A DNA stretch of 64,000 bases from Pseudomonadota bacterium (GTDB taxonomy: Bacteria > Bdellovibrionota_B > Oligoflexia > Silvanigrellales > Silvanigrellaceae), in contig JBDLRP010000034.1 in NCBI GenBank assembly GCA_039799905.1, positions 1-64,000 on the forward strand, written 5' to 3'. The first letter of the stretch is position 1, and each line of letters begins with the position of its first letter. Below, one piece after another: positions 9,573 through 18,948 of the stretch. The notes beneath the pieces are model-generated. The model was not told the DNA's origin. It searched no databases and was given only the letters and a program-made list of their open reading frames with translations. The position numbers were made by a program, and so were the translations under genes.

Positions 9573-10643
9573 TCAATTTCTTGCCCCGTGGCTGAAGAGC
9601 GCAATTGTACAGAGTTTGTAAAGGATACGAGCCCCGACATTGCCGTCCCATTCGTCATCCTTGCGGCCCGAAGGAGCGACTTCATTGAGGTCGAAACCAA
9701 CGATTTTTCGTCCGGACAATGCAAGTTCCTTCAAAATGAATGTCGCCTGCTGGAATGAGAGTCCGCCCGCCACGGGCGTCCCCGTCGACGGACACAGTGC
9801 CGGATCCAGTCCGTCGATATCGAAACTGACGTAAACATTTTCCGGCAGTTCCTTGATGATTCCTTTGATGATCGCAGCAAAGCTTTTTCCTGCGAACAGC
9901 TGGTCGCGGATTGCAAAATCAAAGTGACAGGAAATTTTTTTGTGCGTCGTGGCAAGTTCAAATTCCTCGTCGCAGTAGTCGCGGATGCCGACCTGAACGA
10001 GCTTTGCCACGCCCGGGATTTTGTGGATGACGTTGTTCATGATGCTTGCATGCGAGTGTTCGAAACCTTCATAGGCCGTGCGCAAATCAGCATGCGCATC
10101 GATGTGCAGAACACCCAGTGAAGGATACTTTTGCGCAACCGCCTGAATGGCACCAAACGGAACACTGTGGTCGCCGCCAACAATTCCGACAATCTTTTTT
10201 GCAGCGAGCAGTTTGCGTGTTTTTTCAAAAATAAACGTGTTGAGCTGGTGCGATATCTTGTTGGCTTTGTTCAGTTTGCCAATCAGCGCTTTGCTGCTTC
10301 CGAGGCGGCCGCCTTTGGCGATGATTGGTTTTGACAGCTGACATCCGGCTTTATTCCAAGCGCGGATTTTTGCCGCTGGCGGCTCCATGTGGATGCCGAA
10401 CTCCCACGGGCGTGCGAGACCGTGCTCGGAAAATTCTCCGTCAAACAAATCGAGTTGCGGACTTGCATCAAGGATAGCCTTCGGGCCTTTGGCAGTGCCG
10501 CGGCCATAGCTGGTGGTCATTTCAAAAGGCACAGGAATGAGCACCACATTTGACTCCTCCGCTGTGAACGGAAGGGCAAAAATATGGCCGCCGGCATCAC
10601 CGGCGCCATTGGGATCAAATTTACGGACGTCTGCTTTTTTCAT
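9573..10643 (-). CDS. speB: Agmatinase/ureohydrolase family protein
   Basis: GGDHS, DAHADLR, SHAS, SFDIDGLDP..PSTGTP..GG; ATG overlaps the lysC stop (ATGA). Confidence 0.85.
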   Translation of the reverse strand: MKKADVRKFDPNGAGDAGGHIFALPFTAEESNVVLIPVPFEMTTSYGRGTAKGPKAILDASPQLDLFDGEFSEHGLARPWEFGIHMEPPAAKIRAWNKAGCQLSKPIIAKGGRLGSSKALIGKLNKANKISHQLNTFIFEKTRKLLAAKKIVGIVGGDHSVPFGAIQAVAQKYPSLGVLHIDAHADLRTAYEGFEHSHASIMNNVIHKIPGVAKLVQVGIRDYCDEEFELATTHKKISCHFDFAIRDQLFAGKSFAAIIKGIIKELPENVYVSFDIDGLDPALCPSTGTPVAGGLSFQQATFILKELALSGRKIVGFDLNEVAPSGRKDDEWDGNVGARILYKLCTIALFSHGARN

Positions 10644-11833
10644 GCGATGAATTCTTTGTGGAGGGCCGTTACAGCGTTGTTGAGTTGTTCGCGGTCGATA
10701 AGGCACGCGACCTTGATTTCTGAGGTCGTCACCAAACGGATTTCGATTCCTTCATTCGCCAGCACTCGGAACATGCGAGCTGCCACACCCGCGTGAACGC
10801 GCATTCCCACGCCAACGATACTGACCTTGGCGACGTTCTGGTTCAGATGAACCTTCGCTTCGGGGGCAATCGACTTCAGCACTTCGCGGGTTTTGGCGAC
10901 GTCAGTGCCCGCCACTGTGAAATGGATCAGCAGGCCGGATGACTGAACTTCCTGGTTGACGATGTCGACGTTGACACCTTGTGTTGCCAAGGCTCCGAAG
11001 ACATCCGCGAGAGTTGTGCGGGTGTGCGGCAGCGGTCCGAACGAGAACCAGCCTTCATCGCTGGAATGTGCAACGCCTGTGACCAGTTCGCCTTCGATCG
11101 GTTCGTTGTCTGAAATCATTTCTGTACCTTCATCCTGACTGAACGTGTTCTTAACAAAAAGACGTATTTCCCATTTTGCTGCCAGCTGCACGCTGCGGAT
11201 ATGGAGAACCTTACTGCCCTGGCTAGCCATTTCCAGCATTTCTTCGTGGCGGATTCTGCGAATGATGCGCGCTTTTGGACAGATGCGCGGATCGGCACTG
11301 AACACGCCGTCGACGTCGGTGTAGATTACGCATTCTTTTGCGCCGATTCCGGCCGCTATGGCAACCGCGGAAGTGTCTGAGCCGCCGCGGCCGAGTGAGG
11401 TGAATTGTCCGTCTTGGGTGACACCCTGAAAACCGGCGATGATTGGTATGCCGCCGGCGTCGATCTGCTTAAGAATTGCCTCTTTATTGACTGACTGGAT
11501 GGTGGCGCGCGAGTGCAGGTCGTTAGTGACGATTCCGGCATGTGCGGCAAGCATGGGGATGGGATTGAGCCCTTTCTTGCGCAGGGCAAAACTCAGCAGT
11601 GCAACAGAAACCTGTTCGCCGCTGGCAACCAGCAGATCGTACTCGGGGGAATCGGTTTGATCGGTAAAGTGTTTTGCCATGCCGACCAGTCGATTGGTTT
11701 CACCGGCCATAGCCGAAACCACAACTGCAGATGGCCTGTGCTGTGCACAGAGATTTGCAACGTTTTCGATGCGCTCCAGTGAACCCATGCTGGTTCCGCC
11801 GAACTTAAAAACCGGTCGGGTCGCACCTTGCAC
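10640..11833 (-). CDS. lysC: Aspartate kinase with C-terminal ACT domains
   Basis: KFGGTS, VVSAMAGETN, LGRGGSDTSA, YTDVDGVFSADPR, TTSEIKV; start GTG 11833 (alternative ATG 11881). Confidence 0.95.
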   Translation of the reverse strand: MQGATRPVFKFGGTSMGSLERIENVANLCAQHRPSAVVVSAMAGETNRLVGMAKHFTDQTDSPEYDLLVASGEQVSVALLSFALRKKGLNPIPMLAAHAGIVTNDLHSRATIQSVNKEAILKQIDAGGIPIIAGFQGVTQDGQFTSLGRGGSDTSAVAIAAGIGAKECVIYTDVDGVFSADPRICPKARIIRRIRHEEMLEMASQGSKVLHIRSVQLAAKWEIRLFVKNTFSQDEGTEMISDNEPIEGELVTGVAHSSDEGWFSFGPLPHTRTTLADVFGALATQGVNVDIVNQEVQSSGLLIHFTVAGTDVAKTREVLKSIAPEAKVHLNQNVAKVSIVGVGMRVHAGVAARMFRVLANEGIEIRLVTTSEIKVACLIDREQLNNAVTALHKEFIA

Positions 11834-11945
11834 GCTGTTTTCCTGAATCAGACTTTTTGATTTTCTGAGTAGCGGTATCATCGACGGCTGGCCTCACTCG
11901 AAAGACTGACGGGTCTTCTAGTGGAGTCGGGCCAGACTGACAAGC

Positions 11946-12968
11946 CTAAGAAGCCTGCTGTTCTGGACTTTTGCTCTTGTCGATGACGACCCAAACGAGC
12001 CTGTTTCGGCCCGTTCTTTTTGCCTCGTAGAGTGCTTTATCCGCGAGTTCCACGAGCTGCTTGCTGTCGCAACTCGGGTCGCTGCCCGCGTAGGTCGAAG
12101 AGCCGACGCTGACTGTGACAACCGGTCCGGCCGAATTGTACTCGTGACGAATGTTGAGACCTGCGATTCCATCTATGACCCGCTGTCCGATCACACGGGC
12201 ACCGGCCGAATCCGTGTCCGGCAGTATGATTGCAAATTCCTCGCCGCCATAGCGTGCCAGCATGTCGCCGGGGCGCTTGATGGTGTTGAGAACCTCCTGA
12301 GCGACGCTGCGCAGACACAGATCGCCAGCCTGATGTCCGTAAGCGTCGTTGTATTTCTTGAAATGATCCACATCGAAAAGCAGCAGCGAAATTGGCCTGC
12401 GATTTCGTTTGGCGCGTTTGAATTCCTGCTCTTTGGTTTGGTCGAAGGCACGCCGGTTTGCCACACCCGTGAGCTGATCAATCAACGATAGTTTTGTCAG
12501 CACCTGTGTGAGGTCGCGCAGCTGATTCGCTATCTCGGTGATCTCGCTTTCACGCGCCTTGCGGCGGTTGATTTCATGATTCAGCCGCAAACCCGCATGG
12601 ATGCGAGCCTTCGCCTCGGCGCGATTGATGGCTTTGCGGATAAAATCACTGGCGCCATATGCGTAAGCCGTGCGGATGTGTTGCTGAAAATCACTTTCTG
12701 ATGTGACGATGACCGGGACGTCCTTGTAGCGGACATCGGATTTCAGCAGTCGCAAAAACTCCAGGCTATCGCTGTCGCCATCTAGGTCAAGGATCAGCAG
12801 GCTGACCTGAACTCTAATGACGTCATGCCCCTGACCAGAGAGGTTGATCGCTTCTCGGAGTTTGTTGAGGTCATTTGTGAAAAACGCATCAAGATGGCCT
12901 GCTTCATACAGAATTTCGGTAAATTCGGAGAGTTGCTGCTTGTCATGTTCGTAGATTGCAATCGACAT
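11946..12968 (-). CDS. Response-regulator diguanylate cyclase (REC-GGDEF)
   Basis: REC (LILD, VTS, IRK), DQLTGVANRR, DVDHFKKYND, I-site RPGD, active site GGEEF; GGAGG RBS before ATG 12968. Confidence 0.93.
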   Translation of the reverse strand: MSIAIYEHDKQQLSEFTEILYEAGHLDAFFTNDLNKLREAINLSGQGHDVIRVQVSLLILDLDGDSDSLEFLRLLKSDVRYKDVPVIVTSESDFQQHIRTAYAYGASDFIRKAINRAEAKARIHAGLRLNHEINRRKARESEITEIANQLRDLTQVLTKLSLIDQLTGVANRRAFDQTKEQEFKRAKRNRRPISLLLFDVDHFKKYNDAYGHQAGDLCLRSVAQEVLNTIKRPGDMLARYGGEEFAIILPDTDSAGARVIGQRVIDGIAGLNIRHEYNSAGPVVTVSVGSSTYAGSDPSCDSKQLVELADKALYEAKRTGRNRLVWVVIDKSKSPEQQAS

Positions 12969-12988
12969 AACCCCGCCTCCTACCGGAG

Positions 12989-13015
12989 TTTTCGGACGTC
13001 GGGCGACAAACTTAA
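12989..13015 (-). promoter_or_regulatory. Putative sigma28 (FliA) promoter for the diguanylate cyclase
   Basis: TTAAGTTT-N11-TCCGAAAA versus consensus TAAAGTTT-N11-GCCGATAA. Confidence 0.55.
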
Positions 13016-13120
13016 GGCTTTGTCGGGAGTTATTTTTGTTTTGTGGTATTGGCAAGTTGACCCGCAGTTGCCGTACTGTGTTCGGGCAGTCTCGGGAATC
13101 ATTAGACACGGAGTGAACCA

Positions 13121-15253
13121 GTGGAAGTTCAGACCCGCCCCTTCATCGGCTGGCCCAATTCGGCCGGAACAAAATCTTTTCAGGAACTCGAAATCGATGG
13201 CATGGGGTTGCGCCGGCTGCGCGGTCTTTGCGAAGGGCCGATGTTTGTCACGTCTCTCAACGCCGTCCGCCAGCGCGCAGATATGTACATGCAGTCGCTG
13301 CGCTCACACTTTCCGCTTGCTCGGGTTTTCTATGCGATGAAAGCAAACGCCGCTCCCGCCATTCTGCAGGAGGTGGCAAAGGCCGGATGCGGTGTCGACA
13401 TTGTTTCAATCGGTGAATTCCGCGCAGCCCGCGCTGCCGGAGTCAGCGCAAGCGAAATTTGTTTTGCCGGAGTGGGCAAATCGCAATCCGAGATTGTTGC
13501 CGCCATCGATGCCGGTCTGGGAGTGATCAACGTCGAACATGCGCAGGAGCTCACGTTTGTTTTGGATCTTCTGAGCGAGCGACGACTGGCCGCGGCTTCC
13601 GGCAAGGGCAAATCGGAACAGAAAAAAAATGAGCCGTTGGTTGCGCTGCGACTCAATCCCTGTGTTGAGTCGCAGACACATCCACATCTTAAAACAGGCG
13701 CTCTGGATTCAAAGTTCGGTATGCTTTTGGCTCAGGTTGAAGACTGGCTTCACAACATAGAAGCGCGTTTTTCGCACTCCGGAAAAAACGGCAAAGAGTC
13801 CTTCAAGGACTTTGTCGCACCACTTTGCGGACTGCACGTGCACATCGGCTCGCAGCTGCAGAGTCATGATGTTTTTCCGCTCGTGCTCGAGCGTGTACAG
13901 CAGTGTGTTATGTTGCTTTTGAACAAGGGAATCCGCATCACTCAGCTCGATCTCGGCGGCGGCTTGGGAGTCGGCGTTGCGGGCGTGCCCGTCGACGCAT
14001 CGGACATTCGGGTGCACGTCGACTTTCAGGCTCAGGCATTGAAGGCTGTCGTGTCTTCGAACTCAGCATTGCAAGATCTGTGGGGCTCCAACTGCGAAAA
14101 ATTGACTGTATGCCTCGAACCGGGGCGCAGCATGGTTGCCAGCAGTACTGTTTTTCTGAGCGAAGTTCTCTATGAGAAAAGCAACATCGAAAATATCCGG
14201 TTCGCTTATGTGGACGCGGGCATGAACGCCTTTCCCCGTCCGGCCATCTATGGCGCCGAGCATGCGACTGCGTGCGCCAACAAACCCAACGTCAACCTGC
14301 TTTCTTACAAAGTCTTTGGTCCTGTCTGCGAGAGTGGCGATATTCTTGCGCGAGATGCCCGTTTGCCGCAGCTGTTTGCCGGTGATGTGGTGGTCTTCTT
14401 CGAGGCTGGCGCCTATTGCCGTTCGATGGCGAGTCACTACAATCTGCGCGCCATTCCTGCCGAGATATTTGTTCGTGGCGGAGAAGTTGTTGAATTGATT
14501 CCTGCGCAGGATCCAACTGCCGGCTTGAATCTGCGTGCATTGAACAGCGATGCGTTCGCTGCGGTGATTCATGCGCGCCGATCTGTGCGGGTGTTCGAGA
14601 CTGAACAGCCGATTCCCGAAACTGTGGTCCGCAAGGCAATCGACCATGCGTTGCTGGCGCCCAATTCCTCCAACATGCAGATGTGGGAGTTTTATTGGGT
14701 GAGAACTCCCGAAAAGAAAAAAGCACTTGCTGCAGCCTGCTTGTCGCAGCCGGCAGCACGCACGGCGGCAGAGCTGATTGTGTGCGTAGCGCGCACCGAC
14801 ACATGGCCTGCCAATCGTTTGCGCATGCTCGATTTTCTGCGCGCGAACGGCAACGCACCTGCCAGCGTGATCAAGTACTATGAAAAGCTGCTGCCTTTTG
14901 TTTATGGTCAGGGCTTGCTTGGCATTGGCGGACTTTTCAAATCGCTTGCGACGTGGTTCATCGGCCTTTTCAGGCCCATCCCGCGCGAGCCTGTCAGCCG
15001 CGCAGATATGCGGGTTTGGGCATCGAAGTCGACAGCTCTCGGTTGTGAAAACCTTATTTTGTCGCTGCGCGCTCAGGGCTACGATACGTGTGCAATGGAA
15101 GGCTTTGATTCAAGACGCGTGAAAAAAATTATCGGACTGCCACGTCGCGGCAGTGACATCGTCATGGTGATTGGCGCTGGTGTCGGTAAGCCGGAAGGTT
15201 TGTATGGCCCTCGGGTGCGCTTCGACCGGAAGTTCTACGCGTTCGAAGTTTGA
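13121..15253 (+). CDS. lysA: Diaminopimelate decarboxylase fused to a C-terminal nitroreductase-family domain
   Basis: YAMKAN, SKFG, HIGSQ, EPGR, CESGD, GAY..MASHYN; then in frame RRSVR, APNSSNMQ, TCAMEGFD. Confidence 0.9.
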   Translation: MEVQTRPFIGWPNSAGTKSFQELEIDGMGLRRLRGLCEGPMFVTSLNAVRQRADMYMQSLRSHFPLARVFYAMKANAAPAILQEVAKAGCGVDIVSIGEFRAARAAGVSASEICFAGVGKSQSEIVAAIDAGLGVINVEHAQELTFVLDLLSERRLAAASGKGKSEQKKNEPLVALRLNPCVESQTHPHLKTGALDSKFGMLLAQVEDWLHNIEARFSHSGKNGKESFKDFVAPLCGLHVHIGSQLQSHDVFPLVLERVQQCVMLLLNKGIRITQLDLGGGLGVGVAGVPVDASDIRVHVDFQAQALKAVVSSNSALQDLWGSNCEKLTVCLEPGRSMVASSTVFLSEVLYEKSNIENIRFAYVDAGMNAFPRPAIYGAEHATACANKPNVNLLSYKVFGPVCESGDILARDARLPQLFAGDVVVFFEAGAYCRSMASHYNLRAIPAEIFVRGGEVVELIPAQDPTAGLNLRALNSDAFAAVIHARRSVRVFETEQPIPETVVRKAIDHALLAPNSSNMQMWEFYWVRTPEKKKALAAACLSQPAARTAAELIVCVARTDTWPANRLRMLDFLRANGNAPASVIKYYEKLLPFVYGQGLLGIGGLFKSLATWFIGLFRPIPREPVSRADMRVWASKSTALGCENLILSLRAQGYDTCAMEGFDSRRVKKIIGLPRRGSDIVMVIGAGVGKPEGLYGPRVRFDRKFYAFEV

Positions 15254-15261
15254 AGGGCTTG

Positions 15262-16479
15262 TTAGTTTTTCAGAAGGTGCGAGTGTGAATTGACAATCTC
15301 GCGCGGAACAACGGCGAGTGTCGCACCCCAAGGGTTTTTGGTTGCTTCAGGAATCTTCGAGATGCCGCGGATGTAGCCGATTTCCATTTTGTAATAGCCG
15401 TCAGGCGACATGCCGACAGGTGCACCATTCTCGTTGAATTTTGCACCTACGCCCCAGCTGTTTTTGAACAAAAGAGCTTCCAATTCTTCGGCCGGCTTGT
15501 CCAGTTCAGCCTTGAGCATGTCGTCCGACACTGCTCCCCTCACACCACCTTTGTTGATGAAGTCGGTGACCAGCACAAGGTGCCCGCCGTCGCGGCCGTA
15601 ATTGGACCAGAAATAGTCTTTGTTGTTTGTATCTGCCCGGAAAGAATCTCCGGAAATGCGATCGATGTTGATGGGGAAGGCCAGCGGCACGCTGTGCCCG
15701 AGCGCCAGTGTGGTTTTCACGATTTGGATGAAGCCCGCGACGTCGGCCTCCTTGTGGATGGCCACCGCCTCCCAAGCGTCGGCGTCAAATTTCAAAATCT
15801 GACTCGCAAAGTCGCGCGCCGAAACAAGCCTTCCTTCCCAATAAAAGTATGTTGGGGGACGTGTAGGGAATGCTGTTTTTCCGCGTCCCACAAGAACGAG
15901 GTCTTTGATTTGTTCAATCGTGAGCTTCTGGATGATGTGGCCCTCGTCCATCGCTCTACGCACGTTTTCGCGCACCGCGCGCATCAATTGATTCCGCTGT
16001 TCCGGGGTTTTGATCTTGTATGACCAAGCGCTTTCGGGGACGGCACCGTGAATTTTGATGAGTGCGAGCGCGTCATGCTGAACATAAGGTGAGTCTTCAT
16101 ACATGTATGCGAGTTCTTTGGTGGTGCGTGTCACCCAGCCTTCAGGCAGCTGCCCGCGCATGATGAACTCCACCAAATCGGACGAACCCATCTTTGCAAA
16201 TTGTGCCCGCAAAGCCTCTGCCATGTGTTCAAAGGCGAGAGCTTCTTCAGAGATGTCGACCTTCAGATTGTCAGTGCGGAGGAGTTCGCTTTCGATGAGT
16301 CCAGTTGTGCCGTAAGCCCAGCAAATTCCAAATCGACCCTGGTCACGGACGTCGGTCTGCGGAATTGCCACGGTGGAAAGCGAGCTAGTGGATATGCGAA
16401 CGTCTGGGGAGTTGTTGCACGAAGCTGCAATAAAAAGGCTGAAGATGCTAAATATTGCGCTTGTTTTGCCTTTGAGCAT
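15262..16479 (-). CDS. Lipoprotein cysteine peptidase of the papain clan (C1-like)
   Basis: Lipobox IAASC; VRDQGRFGICWAY, GGHLVLV, FKNSWG (Q/C/H/N present). Confidence 0.82.
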   Translation of the reverse strand: MLKGKTSAIFSIFSLFIAASCNNSPDVRISTSSLSTVAIPQTDVRDQGRFGICWAYGTTGLIESELLRTDNLKVDISEEALAFEHMAEALRAQFAKMGSSDLVEFIMRGQLPEGWVTRTTKELAYMYEDSPYVQHDALALIKIHGAVPESAWSYKIKTPEQRNQLMRAVRENVRRAMDEGHIIQKLTIEQIKDLVLVGRGKTAFPTRPPTYFYWEGRLVSARDFASQILKFDADAWEAVAIHKEADVAGFIQIVKTTLALGHSVPLAFPINIDRISGDSFRADTNNKDYFWSNYGRDGGHLVLVTDFINKGGVRGAVSDDMLKAELDKPAEELEALLFKNSWGVGAKFNENGAPVGMSPDGYYKMEIGYIRGISKIPEATKNPWGATLAVVPREIVNSHSHLLKN

Positions 16480-16556
16480 GGAAGTGGCTCCCGGTCCGGA
16501 CTGTTGGCTGACTGTTCAAACAGCCGTTCTAGACGCAAAACGCTCGCTCGGCAAGC

Positions 16557-17264
16557 TCAGTTCGGACATCTTTCCAGCGAGGAATCCATTCCGAAGTTGA
16601 CGTCGCTGCCATCCACGTTCGCCTGTAGGCCAAGCTGCGGGAACGGCCTTGCGGCACCGCCCACCAACTGGAACTTGAACTGGGTCGTAAATGCGCTCAG
16701 CCGGGATGCCTGACAGAAGGTCTGAATGAATGCGTCGGCCATGATTTGTGTGTTGGTTGCATTCAACAGTGCGTTGTTGAGCGCCTGATCGGGGCGAAAC
16801 ACCATGTTGATTTGGTTGAGCGGAATGAGCGTCTGAAAAAGGTAGCCGTTGGAGGAGATTCCTCCGCTGACGAGCCTGTCCTTCATCACTCCGACAACCA
16901 GAGTCTGGGTGAGGGTACGTAGGTAGTAGCCACGAGGGATGGTGACCGTTGCGTTAAAGTTACAGATCGTCGAGGTGGTCAACTTGCCGCCCAGACGCGC
17001 CAACTTAGGTAGGAAGACCCCCCAGCTGGTAAGGATGATCGAAAGGTCGCCCCCTGCGGCACTCCAAATCACGTTGTTTCTGGAGGGATTGCTGGGGTCG
17101 AGTCGGCAGGGTGTGCCATCTCCGCTGCCGCTGGCAGTGACCGAGTTCCAAATGAGTTCTTGGGCATCAACGGTTTGTGCGGTGCAAAAGACGGAAACGA
17201 GGCACGCGAGGAGCACGCGGAGTTTGCGGGGAAGGAGATGAGGCGTGAGACTCGTGTGCAGCAT
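16557..17264 (-). CDS. Secreted DUF4360-like protein, paralogue 3
   Basis: Signal peptide, SVTASGSG..C, CNFNATVTIPRGYYL, near-terminal Cys. Confidence 0.6.
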   Translation of the reverse strand: MLHTSLTPHLLPRKLRVLLACLVSVFCTAQTVDAQELIWNSVTASGSGDGTPCRLDPSNPSRNNVIWSAAGGDLSIILTSWGVFLPKLARLGGKLTTSTICNFNATVTIPRGYYLRTLTQTLVVGVMKDRLVSGGISSNGYLFQTLIPLNQINMVFRPDQALNNALLNATNTQIMADAFIQTFCQASRLSAFTTQFKFQLVGGAARPFPQLGLQANVDGSDVNFGMDSSLERCPN

Positions 17265-17315
17265 GGGGAGACCTTTCCGGTTCGAATTTGGATTTAAGTT
17301 TGTGCTTTGCTGTTG

Positions 17316-18038
17316 TCAGCTGCACGGTTCAATTTCGACAGCAATTTCAAGCTGCTTTTCATCCGATATTTGCACAAGAGCAGCGTCGTTGCGGTTTTTG
17401 CGCGCAGCGATGAACGTGTAGTCAAAGCCGAGCATGTGGGCCGAGCCGCAGTTTTGCGGTGTCATTTTCATCATTTGTTGCGCCTCGTCCGAGGGCTTGC
17501 CCGAGAGAAGCACGGTTTCTTCTGCGTTGCGAATCTGCTGTCCTGCATCAATCTCTTTGAGTGACTGGCCGACGATCTCGCCGTCGAGGCGCAGTAAGTA
17601 CTGCATCTTCAGGCCTACGTCGGCATCTTTTGAGTAGGCGACCGGAGTCCGCGCCGCGACACTCTTGATGCGGACCTTCCCTTTTGGAAGTGCGACCACC
17701 CTGAGTGCGCATTCACGTGCAAACGTGATGCTGGTTGCAGGATTTTCGGGTGGAGATGCCAGCTTATATTTGGGCAATGCGAACTTCATGACGACAAGTT
17801 CACTTCCGGTTGCCGAGCCGTTGCGCACGCTTTTCAGTTCAACATCTCCGGCTTTGCTCTTTTGAGCTCGGCATCCCGAACCCGCAGCCGTCCAGTCTTT
17901 CACTGTCAGGGCCATTTCTGCACTCTGGGCGGAGGCCAATCCGCGCTTCGGAAGTCCTGAGATCACCAGCGAGCCGGCGATGGTCAGAAGTCCGGGCAGG
18001 ATACTTGCGAAAGAGGCCAGACGGTTGTGGGTTCTCAT
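17316..18038 (-). CDS. Secreted DUF4360-like protein, paralogue 2
   Basis: Signal peptide, WTAAGSGC, ARECALRVVALP, near-terminal Cys. Confidence 0.6.
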   Translation of the reverse strand: MRTHNRLASFASILPGLLTIAGSLVISGLPKRGLASAQSAEMALTVKDWTAAGSGCRAQKSKAGDVELKSVRNGSATGSELVVMKFALPKYKLASPPENPATSITFARECALRVVALPKGKVRIKSVAARTPVAYSKDADVGLKMQYLLRLDGEIVGQSLKEIDAGQQIRNAEETVLLSGKPSDEAQQMMKMTPQNCGSAHMLGFDYTFIAARKNRNDAALVQISDEKQLEIAVEIEPCS

Positions 18039-18062
18039 GAGATGTTCTCCGAAGTGGGAGTA

Positions 18063-18734
18063 TTACTGAGCTGGGCAGAATGCCAATGCGCCCGGGCGTA
18101 CTTCAAACTTCACGTCGAGACCGTCGATTGCCAACTGAGCCTCATCGTACATGTTGTTCTTCTCGATACCGACCGCGAGGTTCGAGTTGTAGATGCCCTT
18201 AGGCTGACGGCCGAAACACCAAGTTCTGAACCATGTGCTTGCCGACGGAGTGTTCACACGGAATGTATCTGTGCGGCTGATTTGCTCGAGCGGTGAGTTG
18301 ACGATTGGTCCCCAGTTGTAGCCTCGTGAAAGCACTGCAAGCGGATGGCCGAAGAACGATGAGTTGGCGGAAACGCGGGCTGTTGCGCCTGCACCTTTGA
18401 CAACACCGTAGGTGATTGTTTGCGTCAGGTCAGCCAGGTAAAGGCCGCGGGCGACTTCAACCGGAACAACGATGCGGCAGTTCGCACGGCCGGTCAGTGA
18501 CTGGTCTCCTGAGGGAAGAGCCACTCCGAGGTCTGTCAAAAGGACAGAAAGTGTGTTGCCTGCATCAACAAAAAAGGTGTTTACGTCCTTGATACAAACC
18601 TGCTCGGACGAGGGACCCACGCGCTTGCTGCCGCCGGAGATGGCACGGGCGGTGTCCCAGATGATTGTGCTCTGCGCGAAAGCACTGGAGGAGATAGCGA
18701 GTCCTGCAAGAGCGAGAGTTGCGATATGTCTCAT
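18063..18734 (-). CDS. Secreted DUF4360-like protein, paralogue 1
   Basis: Signal peptide ending AFA, LSVLLTDL, RANCRIVVPVEVARGLYL, near-terminal Cys; GGGG RBS before ATG 18734. Confidence 0.6.
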   Translation of the reverse strand: MRHIATLALAGLAISSSAFAQSTIIWDTARAISGGSKRVGPSSEQVCIKDVNTFFVDAGNTLSVLLTDLGVALPSGDQSLTGRANCRIVVPVEVARGLYLADLTQTITYGVVKGAGATARVSANSSFFGHPLAVLSRGYNWGPIVNSPLEQISRTDTFRVNTPSASTWFRTWCFGRQPKGIYNSNLAVGIEKNNMYDEAQLAIDGLDVKFEVRPGALAFCPAQ

Positions 18735-18891
18735 GGAAACCCCCTGAAGATCAGAGTTATTTTTTGACTCCACACCTCGTGTCGTCTGTCTGTAAGTTAA
18801 CCTGTCTAAAACACGAAGTCAAATTTTTTGGATACAAAAATTTTAAAGTACACCGAAAAAAGTACATAGGTGCCAAAAAAAACCGAACATA

Positions 18892-18918
18892 CTGAATTTC
18901 TGAAATAAACTCCGATAA
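18892..18918 (+). promoter_or_regulatory. Possible sigma28-like promoter for the CHASE2-PP2C gene
   Basis: CTGAATTT-N11-TCCGATAA ending 30 nt before the TTG start. Confidence 0.35.
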
Positions 18919-18948
18919 CTGCGGAGACGGGCGGTAGGGGGATTTCAA

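Noticed and set aside
13121..14520. Carboxy(nor)spermidine decarboxylase instead of LysA
   Set aside because: YAMKAN, HIGSQ, CESGD and MASHYN fit diaminopimelate decarboxylase.
18861..18876. Sigma54 promoter for the DUF4360-like genes (TTGGCAC on minus)
   Set aside because: No GC at the -12 position with the required GG-N10-GC spacing.
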